Assembly (NCBI GenBank): GCA_000091205.1
Contig: AP006496.2
DNA from: Cyanidioschyzon merolae
Lineage: Eukaryota
Reading direction: 5' to 3' (one strand)
DNA: 64,000 nucleotides
In this document: positions 42,627-52,557 of the stretch, piece after piece
Position numbering within the stretch: position 1 is the first letter of the stretch
Layout: the number at the start of each line of letters is the position of its first letter
The notes under the pieces: generated by a model
Told to the model about the DNA's origin: nothing
Databases searched by the model: none
The model's input: the letters and a program-made list of their open reading frames with translations, nothing else
Program-made: the position numbers and the translations under genes

Positions 42627-43751
42627 ACAACGAAATTAACGTCCAGGGGCATTTGTATACTATAGAGCGTGAATGCCCTATGTGCTGATTGCGCGATCGA
42701 GGGCGCGCGCACGATACGAACGGATTCGGGAGCGCGCCGCATCCGGGCTCGTCCAGTCAGGGATATTCTGTGGCGCAGCGCGTGGGTATATTTTATACAT
42801 ATATGTTCTAATAGGATCATAGAGGCCTACTTGGCGAACTTGGGTGTCCACGCTCAGAACTTGGTCTCTTCGGAATCGTATGCAGTCCAGCTTTTGCAAA
42901 TGCTTCGGCTTCCCCGTGCTCAAAATTCGTTTTTTAAATACGCTGAGCTATTGGTCTAGACCAGTTGTCAATTGTCGAAGGAGGCTACTGGTAACGCTAG
43001 CATCCAGAGTTCGGAACTATCGGCCGCTCGTGAAATACGTGACCAACAACAGCGGGAAGCATCTGAGCCCGGACTTTAGCCCAGCCAACAACATCCTTCG
43101 CCCATTGACAATGAAGGTCGAGAGCAGGCGAAGAATGGCGTGTTCAAAGCCGAGGATAATTGAGAGGGTATGGAAGCAGTCGCAGAAAATGCCCGCAAAG
43201 GCTGGTGTTGATGTATTCTGGGAGCGAGCCAGGCTGCAGGCTTCTCACTCGAGTTACCCATGCATACTCCTTGGATTATAGCCTATCATGGGTGTAACCT
43301 TGCGCACCCGTGCGGCATATCGCGCGTTCCGCCTCGAGCGCAACATTCTATAGAGAAGCACGTCAGCACATGCGCCATGGATGCCAGGTCGCGCAGTGGG
43401 GCGTGCGCGCCCGCCCCTGTGTCGCTCTTGCCGGCCAGCAGCATGTCCCAGGGTGACGCGCTCAGGCAAGCGGGCATCCCTGGAAAGCGACTAGGCACGG
43501 TTATCGCCGAGACATGCAGCTCACACCTCGAGCAGGCAGCACATAGACTAGATTCAGGACTAACCTTTAAAAAATAGTCGTTCCTTCAATATCCTCGCTG
43601 GCAACGAATCTCGAGCTGCAAATCTCCGCCAATAGCCCGATTCTTCTCATCCAATGGTCAAAAGATCCGCCGAGACACAAACCTGGTACTGCTGTGACGA
43701 AGTAAGACATGATCAACATGGAAACTGCCTGGCTGCCGCCAGGCAGCCATC

Positions 43752-45668
43752 TTAGACACTCTTTCCACCCCGCTGGAGCTCCTCGTTGCGGAAACGTACC
43801 AACCAGCCCGGCTGATAATTCTTACCGCGGCCAGTCCAACGCTCGAACCGCGAGAGATGCTTCGGATTGATGCCCTCGCCGCCATACTCATTCAGCCGAC
43901 CACTAATGAGAAGCTCCCACTGTAAATCATACTCGTACAGCGAAAGGTTCGTCGTGTCCGGCAGAAAGACCCAGGTGAACACGGCGCCAAAAACACAGAG
44001 TGCGGCATTCACCCAGAACACTGTCCTGATATCGTTCGTGGTCTTTGTTTTGAACGCTGCAGTCGAGATGAGGGCACCGGCCTTACCGCTGAATGACGAC
44101 ATGCCGTGACACGTGCTGCGAATAACAGTCGGATACAGCTCTGCCGACACAATATAGGTCGTCACGTTTGGGCCCATCTGCGTGAAGAGGCTCGTCATGA
44201 TGTAGCAGAAGAGCAGCGCGCGCGGAGAGTGCTCTTGCATTTGGACGTAGGCACCGGCCGTGATGAAGAAGAACACCGCCTCCCAGAAGAATCCAAAGAT
44301 CTGAAGGCGAACGCGGCCGCACCACTTGCGATCGATGATGAAAGCAGAAATGAAGTATCCAATGAGCGCAACCGTATTCTTCAGCAGGATATAGCCGTTG
44401 ATGACGATGAGATTCTTGTCGGGAACTAACGCGGTGAAAATGGGTCCCGAGTAGAGTCCGTTTCCATAGAAGGAAATATCATTGATGAACCATCCCAAGC
44501 ATGTCGCCAGTAAACGAGACCAATAGAACCTAAAGATGTAGCCGAAATGACGTCTCATGCGTCCAGTTACGGAAAGGCCCTCTGCGCTCTCGTTCGTGTC
44601 ACGCCGCCGCTTGGCACTCAAATAGATCTCGTTTTCACGAAGGATCAGGAAACGATATAGGAGTATGAGCAGAATCAGAAATGCTCCAATCCCGTAGTAT
44701 GATCGCCAAACGTAGCCCAGTGCCTGGGTGGAATACCCCGCGCAGTTGTTCACATTGGTCGCAATCAAGGCCGTATCCGTGTTTGGCGAGGTCTGCTTCG
44801 AGATCGCAAACTCGATCAAAAGGAGCACGCTGCCAAACACGATACCCACGCCCTGCATGGCGAACGCCAGCGCTATCGTTTCTCCGCGACGCGCGGTGCG
44901 GGCTCGCTCGTCAGCACGTGCACGCTGGCGTGCAAGCGCGTCTGTGAAGTAGATCGTTGACTCGCCCTCGCCACCCGTCTCCTGCATGATGCGTGTCGCG
45001 CGCTTCTCCGATGCAACTGACGCGGTCAACGGGTACTCGCCGCCGATGCCGAAGCCAGTAAGCGCGTAGAAAATTGCAAATAGAACGAATATCGTATCCG
45101 CACTCTCCGAAATTGAGAAAGTAATGATGATCGCGCTGATAAAATACGTCGAAACCGTGAACAGCATCGAAAAGCGACGACCGATTCGATCGCCTAGCAG
45201 GCCAAAGAACAGCATACCGACAATTAACCCGGCGAATATTGAATACGTATTTGCCTTTTGGGTTCCTTTCGTGCAGCTAGACGCTGCAAGTCCTTGGCAG
45301 GTCGTCCCTGATATGGGTTTTGTGCCAAAACAGGTCGGATACGCATTCGTCCAGGCTGTCTTCACCTGGCCCGTGTTGACTGTAAAGTATCCCTCGATAA
45401 AGATACCAATGCCTGTGAACAAAGAAGCAGCCAAGTACTGGATAAAACCGGAAATACCGTTCTCCGACCGTGGTGGAATATCTTTCGGGGTCGAGGCGAT
45501 GGGTTTTCCGGTGTCGTCTGTTTCCATGTCAGTGTCGTACGCCAAGATCACGCCGGATCCGAACATGATTGGTGCGTACGCTGCAGACTCGCGGAAACTG
45601 GTACGCACAGCCGTAGCGTACTGCTGCCGCTCCTCCTCAGCCACGCCGTATTCTTCAGCATCAGCCAT
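43752..45668 (-). CDS. PHO84: Major-facilitator phosphate:H+ symporter, PHO84-like
   Basis: 12-TM MFS. The signature GLLGDRIGRRFSMLFTVSTYFISAIII matches the PHO84/PiPT motif G(x)3GDRxGRK. Second half: WFINDISFYGNGLYSGPIF and FVPETKG-like C-terminus (VFLPDTTNLSLYEYD). Start placed at MADAEEYG. Confidence 0.85.
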   Translation of the reverse strand: MADAEEYGVAEEERQQYATAVRTSFRESAAYAPIMFGSGVILAYDTDMETDDTGKPIASTPKDIPPRSENGISGFIQYLAASLFTGIGIFIEGYFTVNTGQVKTAWTNAYPTCFGTKPISGTTCQGLAASSCTKGTQKANTYSIFAGLIVGMLFFGLLGDRIGRRFSMLFTVSTYFISAIIITFSISESADTIFVLFAIFYALTGFGIGGEYPLTASVASEKRATRIMQETGGEGESTIYFTDALARQRARADERARTARRGETIALAFAMQGVGIVFGSVLLLIEFAISKQTSPNTDTALIATNVNNCAGYSTQALGYVWRSYYGIGAFLILLILLYRFLILRENEIYLSAKRRRDTNESAEGLSVTGRMRRHFGYIFRFYWSRLLATCLGWFINDISFYGNGLYSGPIFTALVPDKNLIVINGYILLKNTVALIGYFISAFIIDRKWCGRVRLQIFGFFWEAVFFFITAGAYVQMQEHSPRALLFCYIMTSLFTQMGPNVTTYIVSAELYPTVIRSTCHGMSSFSGKAGALISTAAFKTKTTNDIRTVFWVNAALCVFGAVFTWVFLPDTTNLSLYEYDLQWELLISGRLNEYGGEGINPKHLSRFERWTGRGKNYQPGWLVRFRNEELQRGGKSV

Positions 45669-45932
45669 TTTATCCGCGGTGCACTGCGTTCGGAACACAC
45701 ACGAGCTAGAGAAACGTGATCCGCCAAGCGTGCAAAGTTAATCGACGCCACGAGCCTGCGCAGCGACGTTGCAAATAAGGCTTTTCGACTAAAAACAAAA
45801 ACAGGAAACGTATTATACAAGATATAGAAAAACAGAAGCCGACGGAGGGTGCACCGTCGACGTACCGAGCTCAAGATTCCAGCGCACGATCGCATCTCGC
45901 GAATCTTGTCACCACCGCCTATCTAAAGACGC

Positions 45933-47830
45933 GTCGCCGGCGGTGCGCAGTACTGGTGGCGAACGCGCCTTAGACAAATCGTCTCCAACTGACGTGCCGA
46001 CGCCTCCGCGTCTATTTGGACCGGCCACCCACTACTGCTTTCAACTTCTTCTCATATAGTTCCACTTTGAGCGGTTATCCAACAAAGCCCTCTCGTGTCA
46101 ACTCCGGGCGTCTTCGTTCCACCAGCGCATATCGCCTTAGATAGATAGCGGCGTCAAAGTCTCGGTTCACGAATTCCATCCGTCTCTTGCCATTGATTGT
46201 ATACGCCAGTGCAAGCAATCCACGAACTTTTGCCCTCCTTTCCATTTGCTCCTCCGTCAGCGCTCGGTACTTTTTTATATTCTCAGGGCTCCGCTGACAC
46301 TTTTCCATCTCCACTCTCTGAAGTGCACACCCCGGTTCGTGGTGTGTATACATTGTTCGGAACTCGTCTACAGGCATCGTAACAATACGCCGTGCGCACT
46401 CCTTGCACGCTCTCTTTGTTGGAGATGGCGTCATTCCTTTTTTGGACGCCAAGCGCCCTGCCGCATACGCTCCTACGAGCCTCTGACTCGCGTCCTATTT
46501 GAGGGCGCTCAACTCATTGAAAACGTTCGCGAATGCCCGCTGCCTCCCACAGTATAGATTCATTCGCAAACAATCACACCGGGGCTTGGTATACTCCTCC
46601 CACAGCGCATCCCAATGGGCAACATGAACTTCCATGAATTTCCGAAAAGCTCGAAAGTCCGCTCCCCGGCTCATGACCTCGCTCAAGGCTTCCAGGTGAT
46701 CTTTCATTCCTGAATTCCAAGTCTCGATTTTCTTCCTTTTATCATTATACCGGATTCGCGGTAGTATCTCGCTCTCGAGAATCTCAAGAGACGCATGTCT
46801 TTCTTACGTAAGTTACCGTCAGTACCGTCTTCCGCACGTCTGGGTGCAGCAATGGTGATGATCTTCGTATTGCCAGGGTCCGCGCCAACGACAAAGTCGT
46901 TATCCTGCACTTTCTGCGTGGCAGGATCCGCCTCCTTCTTTTCTTCCTCCTTCGTCATGTCAACGACAAGGTCGTTATCCTCCACCTCCTGCGTCGCAAG
47001 ACCCGCCTCCTTCTCATCTTCCTGCTTCGACGCGCCATCGACAAGGTCGTTATGCTGCACTTTCTGTTCTGTGTGGCAGGATCCTCCTCAATGTTTTCTT
47101 CATCCTTCGTCACGGACGCAGCCGAGGGATGGACTGGCCGATCTTTCTTCAACCGCCGATAGTGTATACACAAGGCTACTCCATCGGTTTCGATCAACCC
47201 AGTGAATACCGTTTGCTTGCTCACTCTCAGACGTTTGGAATCGAAGATATTCTTCCAGTGGGTCTCCAGGTTTTCGCCGGTGAAGTCCTCCCTGCTAACA
47301 TCGAACTCGGGACTGATCTCTTTCATGCGGCGTCAAGGACTCTGGAGTCGATACTCACAAAATGTGACTTGAGGTTGCACATTGGAACGCCGTTGAAGCG
47401 CTTCCCCATTAGGAAATCCTTCCGTCTCTCCCACTCTTCATTTGCCTCTTCACTCAGCTTCATTTCTGCCTTGCGTTCGAGCTCTCGGTCCAGAAACGCG
47501 AGGTACCGCAGGACGAGGCGATAGTATCTTTCCTTATCTTCTTTCAACTCTGATATCTTGTCTGTCGAATCCGCCAACCCCAGAACCGCAGGGCGCTCTT
47601 GAATAGCCGCGCGGATTACAGAATCTTCATTCGTGCTCTCGTTTGACGACCTCTTGTCAAAGAATTCAATCTTATCTTCATGCTTACGATGGTTCGTGAT
47701 GCCGTTGATAATCGCCCATAGCCACTTGCAAGAGATACCCTGGGTACAGTGCAAACACGGCACGTATCATAAAACGCTCCAGGTTCACGATCATATGATT
47801 CTTCAGATTCGTGATGTGCGTACTCGGCCT
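45933..47830 (-). mobile_element. Fanzor/TnpB-like transposon copy 5 (5'-truncated within the N-terminal protein; multiple frameshifts; 3' half about 98-99% identical to copy 4)
   Basis: Minus-strand ORFs 47323..47763, 46955..47326, 46704..47060 ([17 protein letters not shown]), 46495..46707, 46075..46452 (FRTMYTHHEPGCALQRVEMEKCQRS...NRDFDAAIYLRRY). Tail ends at about 45933 (revcomp ...ccaccagtactgcgcaccgccggcgac). Confidence 0.7.
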
Positions 47831-47963
47831 GTCACAATTTACTCTGGCATTAAGAGCGGGCGGCCTGCGTCATGGCGTCGCCCTGGTCCTAACAGACTCC
47901 TAGCACGTCGCTTCACGCTGTTGCAGGCAGCAGATCTGGCTGCCCAGTTGTCAGGCTCCCAGA

Positions 47964-48400
47964 ATGATTACGTATTCCGACTCCGTATCAGGTGAAACCT
48001 TCCTCGATACGACGCCCTCAGTGGTATCGCAAAGCCGTTCTGTGTCCGTTCAGCATTGGCATCAGCGCTACAGGCGCTTTCGCTGGAGCTCAAATCAGAC
48101 ACTCGGGGCACAACAGGACGTACAAAACTACCGGTGTATCCAAAATGATGCATTAGTAATGGGCTTTGATGGTAGATGCGTCATGATGGACGCTTTTTCG
48201 ACTACCAATATCCATCTCGCCGGCTGAGATCCCCGGTCAATGTAAACGAATTTCGCCATCGAAAGAGAATCGATCGCAGCGCCCTGCGGATGCCGCCCCC
48301 CTCCCCTGCGAAATAACATCCAGACAAACATTACGTCTTTTCCCTTCAAAGGGAACACTGGTCCAAGATGCCGACCCTATGCTGATCGCAGAGCAAGCGT
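47964..48400 (+). repeat. Transposon 5' module (variant X') adjacent to copy 5 but in the opposite orientation; terminal palindrome ttcccttcaaagggaa
   Basis: The plus strand reads cgatacgacgccctcagtggtatcgcaaagccgttctgtgtccgttcagc...gatggacgctttttcgactacc...cttttcccttcaaagggaacactgg. It is homologous to 29260-29830(-) and to the 5' modules of copies A and 6. It abuts the start of the nucleotide-sugar transporter gene. Confidence 0.5.
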
Positions 48401-48415
48401 CGAAGGTCTTTGCAT

Positions 48416-49351
48416 ATGACACTCGCGCCGTGGGCTAGTGCGGCGCTTTATACGCTCACTTCTCTGCTAGGAGTGATTGTTAACAAGGCAGTTTTCTCGT
48501 CTTTTGACTTCGCGTACCCACTGGTAATCCTGCTGGCCCAGCTCGTTGTCACGAGCACAGCGTTACTACTCGTGTGGCGCAGATTTCCACCACTACCCGC
48601 AAACTGGGTCCCGTTGCTTCTCGTGGCAGCAACTTTCGTTCTGAACGTCTTCACCGGCCTCGTGGCGCTCGAGACTGCGAACCTGCCCATGTTCAGCGCG
48701 TTCCGTCGCCTCTCCGCTGTGGCAGTCATGATATTCGAGGCCATCTTCTTGGGCCGGCGAGAGACGGCTGCGGTAGAAAAGGCAGTCGCTGTGATGACGG
48801 TTGGGTCGGTGCTGGCGGCGATCGGAGAGATCAACGCCGACTGGCTAGGTTACAGCTACGTGATACTCAACAACTGCGCCACGGCCCTGTACCTGGTGGC
48901 GCTGAAACGTGCAACCCCGCGGCTGGGGCGTCGGCAACTGGACAGTCTGGTGATCACCTTCTACACCAACCTGTTCGCGATTCCAATGGCGCTGGTCGCT
49001 GCCTGGTTTCTGGAGATGCGGCGCACTGCCGATGCACCCAGTGCCCTGGACGCCCTGGCAACACAGCTGGAACGACGCGGTTTGGCGTTCGCCGCTGCAC
49101 TGCTCTTGTCCTCGGCGTCGGCGCTGGCGGTGAACGTTACGACACTCTGGTGCACCGCAACGAATACGCCACTGGTGACAGCGATCGCCGGTCAGACCAA
49201 GAACCTTCTCCAAACCGCATTAGGTTTTATCCTGTGGGAATATCACTTTACGGCTTTGAACGCTTTCGGATTAGCGCTCGCCGCTATCGGTTCCACGATG
49301 TTCGTCCATGCCAAGTTCATGAAAACACCGAAACCTTTCCAGAATACGTAA
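48416..49351 (+). CDS. Nucleotide-sugar transporter (TPT/NST family of the DMT superfamily)
   Basis: About 10 TM segments. GVIVNKAVFSSFDFAYPLVILLAQLVVTS and LAVNVTTLWCTATNTPLVTAIAGQTKNLLQTALGFILW resemble GDP-sugar/UDP-sugar transporters of the TPT clan. Substrate cannot be inferred. Confidence 0.7.
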   Translation: MTLAPWASAALYTLTSLLGVIVNKAVFSSFDFAYPLVILLAQLVVTSTALLLVWRRFPPLPANWVPLLLVAATFVLNVFTGLVALETANLPMFSAFRRLSAVAVMIFEAIFLGRRETAAVEKAVAVMTVGSVLAAIGEINADWLGYSYVILNNCATALYLVALKRATPRLGRRQLDSLVITFYTNLFAIPMALVAAWFLEMRRTADAPSALDALATQLERRGLAFAAALLLSSASALAVNVTTLWCTATNTPLVTAIAGQTKNLLQTALGFILWEYHFTALNAFGLALAAIGSTMFVHAKFMKTPKPFQNT

Positions 49352-50630
49352 CGCCGGCCCCACCGAACGCCTTCAAGTGCATATGATACGCCCAATAGCT
49401 GCGCCACATCATTTCAGAGAACGTGTAGCCCTCGTAGGAGCCCTGGTAGACCTCGGCGATACGCTTCAGAACTTGCCTCACTGAGATGCAACCGAGATCA
49501 AGTGCCGATTTCAGGACGAGGCTCAGCTCGGCATGATCCGAGCGCGCTAGACGCTCAGTGACCGATTCGTTGCGCTGTCGCACGATAGCCTGCAGTGTGC
49601 GCGTCGCCTCGGCCTCGCTGGGGCATCGGTGTGTCCCGTGCTCCATACCTGTTCCGATTTGTCGCCAGCTGTCAGCCGCCAGCGCGCAGAGTGCCTCGGG
49701 GCAACTAAGGCGCTCGGGAGCAGGCTCCAGCTTAATGGAGACTTCTTTCCCTGTGCGTCTCTGACGGATGGTGCCCGCTACCGCTAGGAAGGACACGTTG
49801 CGCTTGCCGGCCTGGGCGGAAAGCTCCTGCACCATACCTTCGTCGAGGAGCGTGTTGCCTGCCCAGTAACCCTGGAGAGTCAACGCTAGCTCGTTTGCCT
49901 GTTCGACTGCTTCAACCATCGCTCGCTCGGCAAGGGCCCCGTCCCAGTTGACTGCGTGATTGAAAACGATGCGATCAATCTGGATCTGGAACTCGTTCCG
50001 CAGACGGGAAAGTAACGCCACCAGAGCGGCTCCACCGCCTTCGGGAATGACCAACAATTCGCTGCCTAATGCAACAAGTCTTTCGCGAAGGTCACGCAGC
50101 GCACAACGCGTCTCGCACGAGCGCACACTGCCGGTGTACACCGCAAGCAGCAAACCGCCACGTGCACGGTCCCGAGTCGCTCGCGCGGCTTCCGCTAAAG
50201 CAACGTTATCCGTAACGCGCTGGTCCTGATTCACCCACCAGATAACGCGAGCGTTGCCGGCACCACTGCCGACTTGGGGAAGAGGTGCGAAACTCGGTGG
50301 TGCAACCTGTAGCCAGTCCCGCAGCCGCAGCGCCGGGTCGCCGCCCGTGCGAACACCACTCGTTGTCGCCGTGCAGCCGCTCGACGCTACCAGCTGAAAC
50401 CAGTCTAGCGGCAAACGGCGGCTTACGGCAACGTCCGCACGCCTGCGACCGCCACGAGCCTTGTGCGGCCTGAAGCGAGTGCGTGTCGGGGTGTCGTTCC
50501 CGTGCGCTCCCAAGCAGGGCGTCGTCAGACGCGCCCCAGTGCTTGCACCCACAAAAGTCAGTTGTAGTTTGCTGATTGAGCAAGTAAGAAACATCCTATC
50601 GTGTGTGAAGCCGCCTTGAATTCGTAACAC
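49317..50630 (-). CDS. Photolyase/cryptochrome-like protein (N-terminal alpha/beta domain and start of helical domain only; C-terminal FAD-binding half absent)
   Basis: VIWWVNQDQRVTDNVALAEAAR matches the photolyase N-terminal motif (hhWFRrDLRl.DN.AL.aA). EAEATRTLQAIV...SDHAELSLVLKSALDLGCISVRQVLKRI...YTFSEMMWRSYWAY is collinear with E. coli Phr E(KAAIAQLRQF)...SRLS.L.GGLSPRQ...ELIWREFY. The ORF stops about 20 aa after the WR.Y block, and its 3' end overlaps the convergent transporter gene. An Arg-rich 130-aa N-terminal extension precedes the domain. Confidence 0.55.
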   Translation of the reverse strand: MLRIQGGFTHDRMFLTCSISKLQLTFVGASTGARLTTPCLGAHGNDTPTRTRFRPHKARGGRRRADVAVSRRLPLDWFQLVASSGCTATTSGVRTGGDPALRLRDWLQVAPPSFAPLPQVGSGAGNARVIWWVNQDQRVTDNVALAEAARATRDRARGGLLLAVYTGSVRSCETRCALRDLRERLVALGSELLVIPEGGGAALVALLSRLRNEFQIQIDRIVFNHAVNWDGALAERAMVEAVEQANELALTLQGYWAGNTLLDEGMVQELSAQAGKRNVSFLAVAGTIRQRRTGKEVSIKLEPAPERLSCPEALCALAADSWRQIGTGMEHGTHRCPSEAEATRTLQAIVRQRNESVTERLARSDHAELSLVLKSALDLGCISVRQVLKRIAEVYQGSYEGYTFSEMMWRSYWAYHMHLKAFGGAGVTYSGKVSVFS

Positions 50631-51144
50631 CTGTAGACGTCAACACTGAGCACTGCACCGTACTGCACTGCACCGCACCGCACCGGCACAAACGTGTTGC
50701 GAGCGCTGGTCCACGAGAAGCCCAGAGAATGCGAGTCGCCACCACGAGCTCTCCGCCGATGCTGCCCACTGGCGCATGCAGATCAACTGGATCGATCGCC
50801 AAGTGGCGGTGCCTCCAGCAGTGCGGCATGGCTGCGGCGCGATGCGCGCATCGATGCTCCTCAGCGGCGCGCGCACGTACATGTGCGCACCGCAAGCGCT
50901 GGTATCTGGCGCTGGGTGCCTCGCATATACCCCGGGTACGGGGCCGGCGCCGCTGCACAGCACAGTAGCGAGCTGCGGCGGCTGCGGCGGCTGCGGCGGC
51001 TGCCATCGCCGGCGAGCGCTTGCCCCGCCTCCCGCAGTCGGAGCGTGCGCCTCGCGATCCGCCGTAGCGGTAGCGATCGGACTCGTGAGGCACGTTGTTG
51101 TTGTGCAGCTCGTCCAGTGTCTGCAGTGCAGTTGTGCAAGTATC

Positions 51145-51819
51145 ATGTCGTTCGCGCTACCCAGTCTGCTTTATGACTATGCGGCCTTGGAGCCACATAT
51201 TGATGCGTTGACGATGCAGATTCACCACACGAAGCATCATGGCACGTACATCAACAACTTGAACGGAGCTATCCAGGGTGAGCACGGCGGCTCGCTGAAA
51301 GGTCTCTCCCTGGAGGCCATCTGCCGGAACGTGAATTCGGCTCCAGAGGCAGTCCGGACTACGGTCCGTAACAACAGTGGCGGGCACTGGAACCACACCT
51401 TCTTCTGGACTATTATGGCACCAAGCGGCACAGCGGCGTCGGCGCCCAGCGGGGCACTCAAGAACGCCATCGAGTCGCAGTTTGGGAGCGTGGATTCATT
51501 CAAGGATCAGTTCAACAAGGCGGCTGCAGGACGTTTTGGATCCGGATGGGCCTGGCTCTGCATGAACCAGAATAAGCAGTTGTTCATCACGAGCACCCCG
51601 AACCAGGACAACCCGCTCATGAGCGGTATTGCGGAGAAACCCGGCTTGCCTATCCTGGGTCTCGATGTCTGGGAACACGCCTATTACCTCAAGTACCAGA
51701 ACCGTCGACCGGAATACATCGCTGCTTGGTGGAACGTTGTGAACTGGGACACTGTAGCCAAGTACTATGACGAAGCGTCTTCCGGGAAAGCGCCGGTACT
51801 CGATGTGCCTCTGCAGTGA
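51145..51819 (+). CDS. SOD: Iron/manganese superoxide dismutase
   Basis: [40 protein letters not shown] (metal ligands His in HHTKHH), [10 protein letters not shown], and GSGWAWL...[19 protein letters not shown] (D-x-W-E-H-A-Y-Y metal-binding motif). The start is placed at the ATG at 51145, in frame within the longer ORF 50776..51819. Confidence 0.9.
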   Translation: MSFALPSLLYDYAALEPHIDALTMQIHHTKHHGTYINNLNGAIQGEHGGSLKGLSLEAICRNVNSAPEAVRTTVRNNSGGHWNHTFFWTIMAPSGTAASAPSGALKNAIESQFGSVDSFKDQFNKAAAGRFGSGWAWLCMNQNKQLFITSTPNQDNPLMSGIAEKPGLPILGLDVWEHAYYLKYQNRRPEYIAAWWNVVNWDTVAKYYDEASSGKAPVLDVPLQ

Positions 51820-52017
51820 CTAGACAGCGTCACATCTTACCCTATGGCGTTCCGTGGGCGTCTTTAGGTCTGATAAGGAATGTCTTAAAAGGAATGCGTA
51901 TTGGTCGTTTGGTCCATGCGTCTCCAGAAGCAGGTTATTCGCCCGAAGTACCAGCAGCGCTTCGTTTTCAGCGCAGCAGCAGCAGCAGAAGCAGAAGCAG
52001 AAGCAGAAGCACTGCAG

Positions 52018-52245
52018 TGCTGCACATTTGCGCGGCGCCGAAGGATCACCTGCAAACACGCTCGTTTCGTCAAGGCGTTCAGCATCTAGGTACTGCCGCA
52101 GCGACAACGTCATACGAACAGGTGTTTGGTGTGCTGCACATTTGCGCGGCGCCGAAGGATCACCTGCAAACACGCTCGTTTCGTCAAGGCGTTCAGCATC
52201 TAGGTACTGCCGCAGCGACAACGTCATACGAACAGGTGTTTGGTA
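52018..52245. repeat. Perfect tandem duplication, 2 x 114 bp, preceded by an (AAGCAG)n/(CAG)n tract at 51962-52014
   Basis: Unit gtgctgcacatttgcgcggcgccgaaggatcacctgcaaacacgctcgtttcgtcaaggcgttcagcatctaggtactgccgcagcgacaacgtcatacgaacaggtgtttggt occurs at 52018-52131 and again at 52132-52245 with no mismatch. It lies in the convergent intergenic space between SOD and the helicase gene. Confidence 0.9.
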
Positions 52246-52557
52246 TGGTGTCGAGCGCTCGTTGCTCCGAACAGCGCGCGCATCCCGATAGCAGCCACTG
52301 CACGCGCACAACGAGGAAACTGTTGTCTAGGCGCTTCGGATACGCCGCTTACTAGCCGCACTGATACCTCTGCAGTGTCTGACTGAATAGCCGAACCATC
52401 ACCGATACGGATTCGGTGTCTACTGTGCGACGTATGCCAAACAGGCCGTCGCTCATCGGCCCTGAAAAAAAGACGACACAAATCTTTTGCCGAATACTCT
52501 GGGCGGGGAGCAAACACAAGTCCCGCTGCTCGCACTCGGAGACACTACCAGGCCTTC

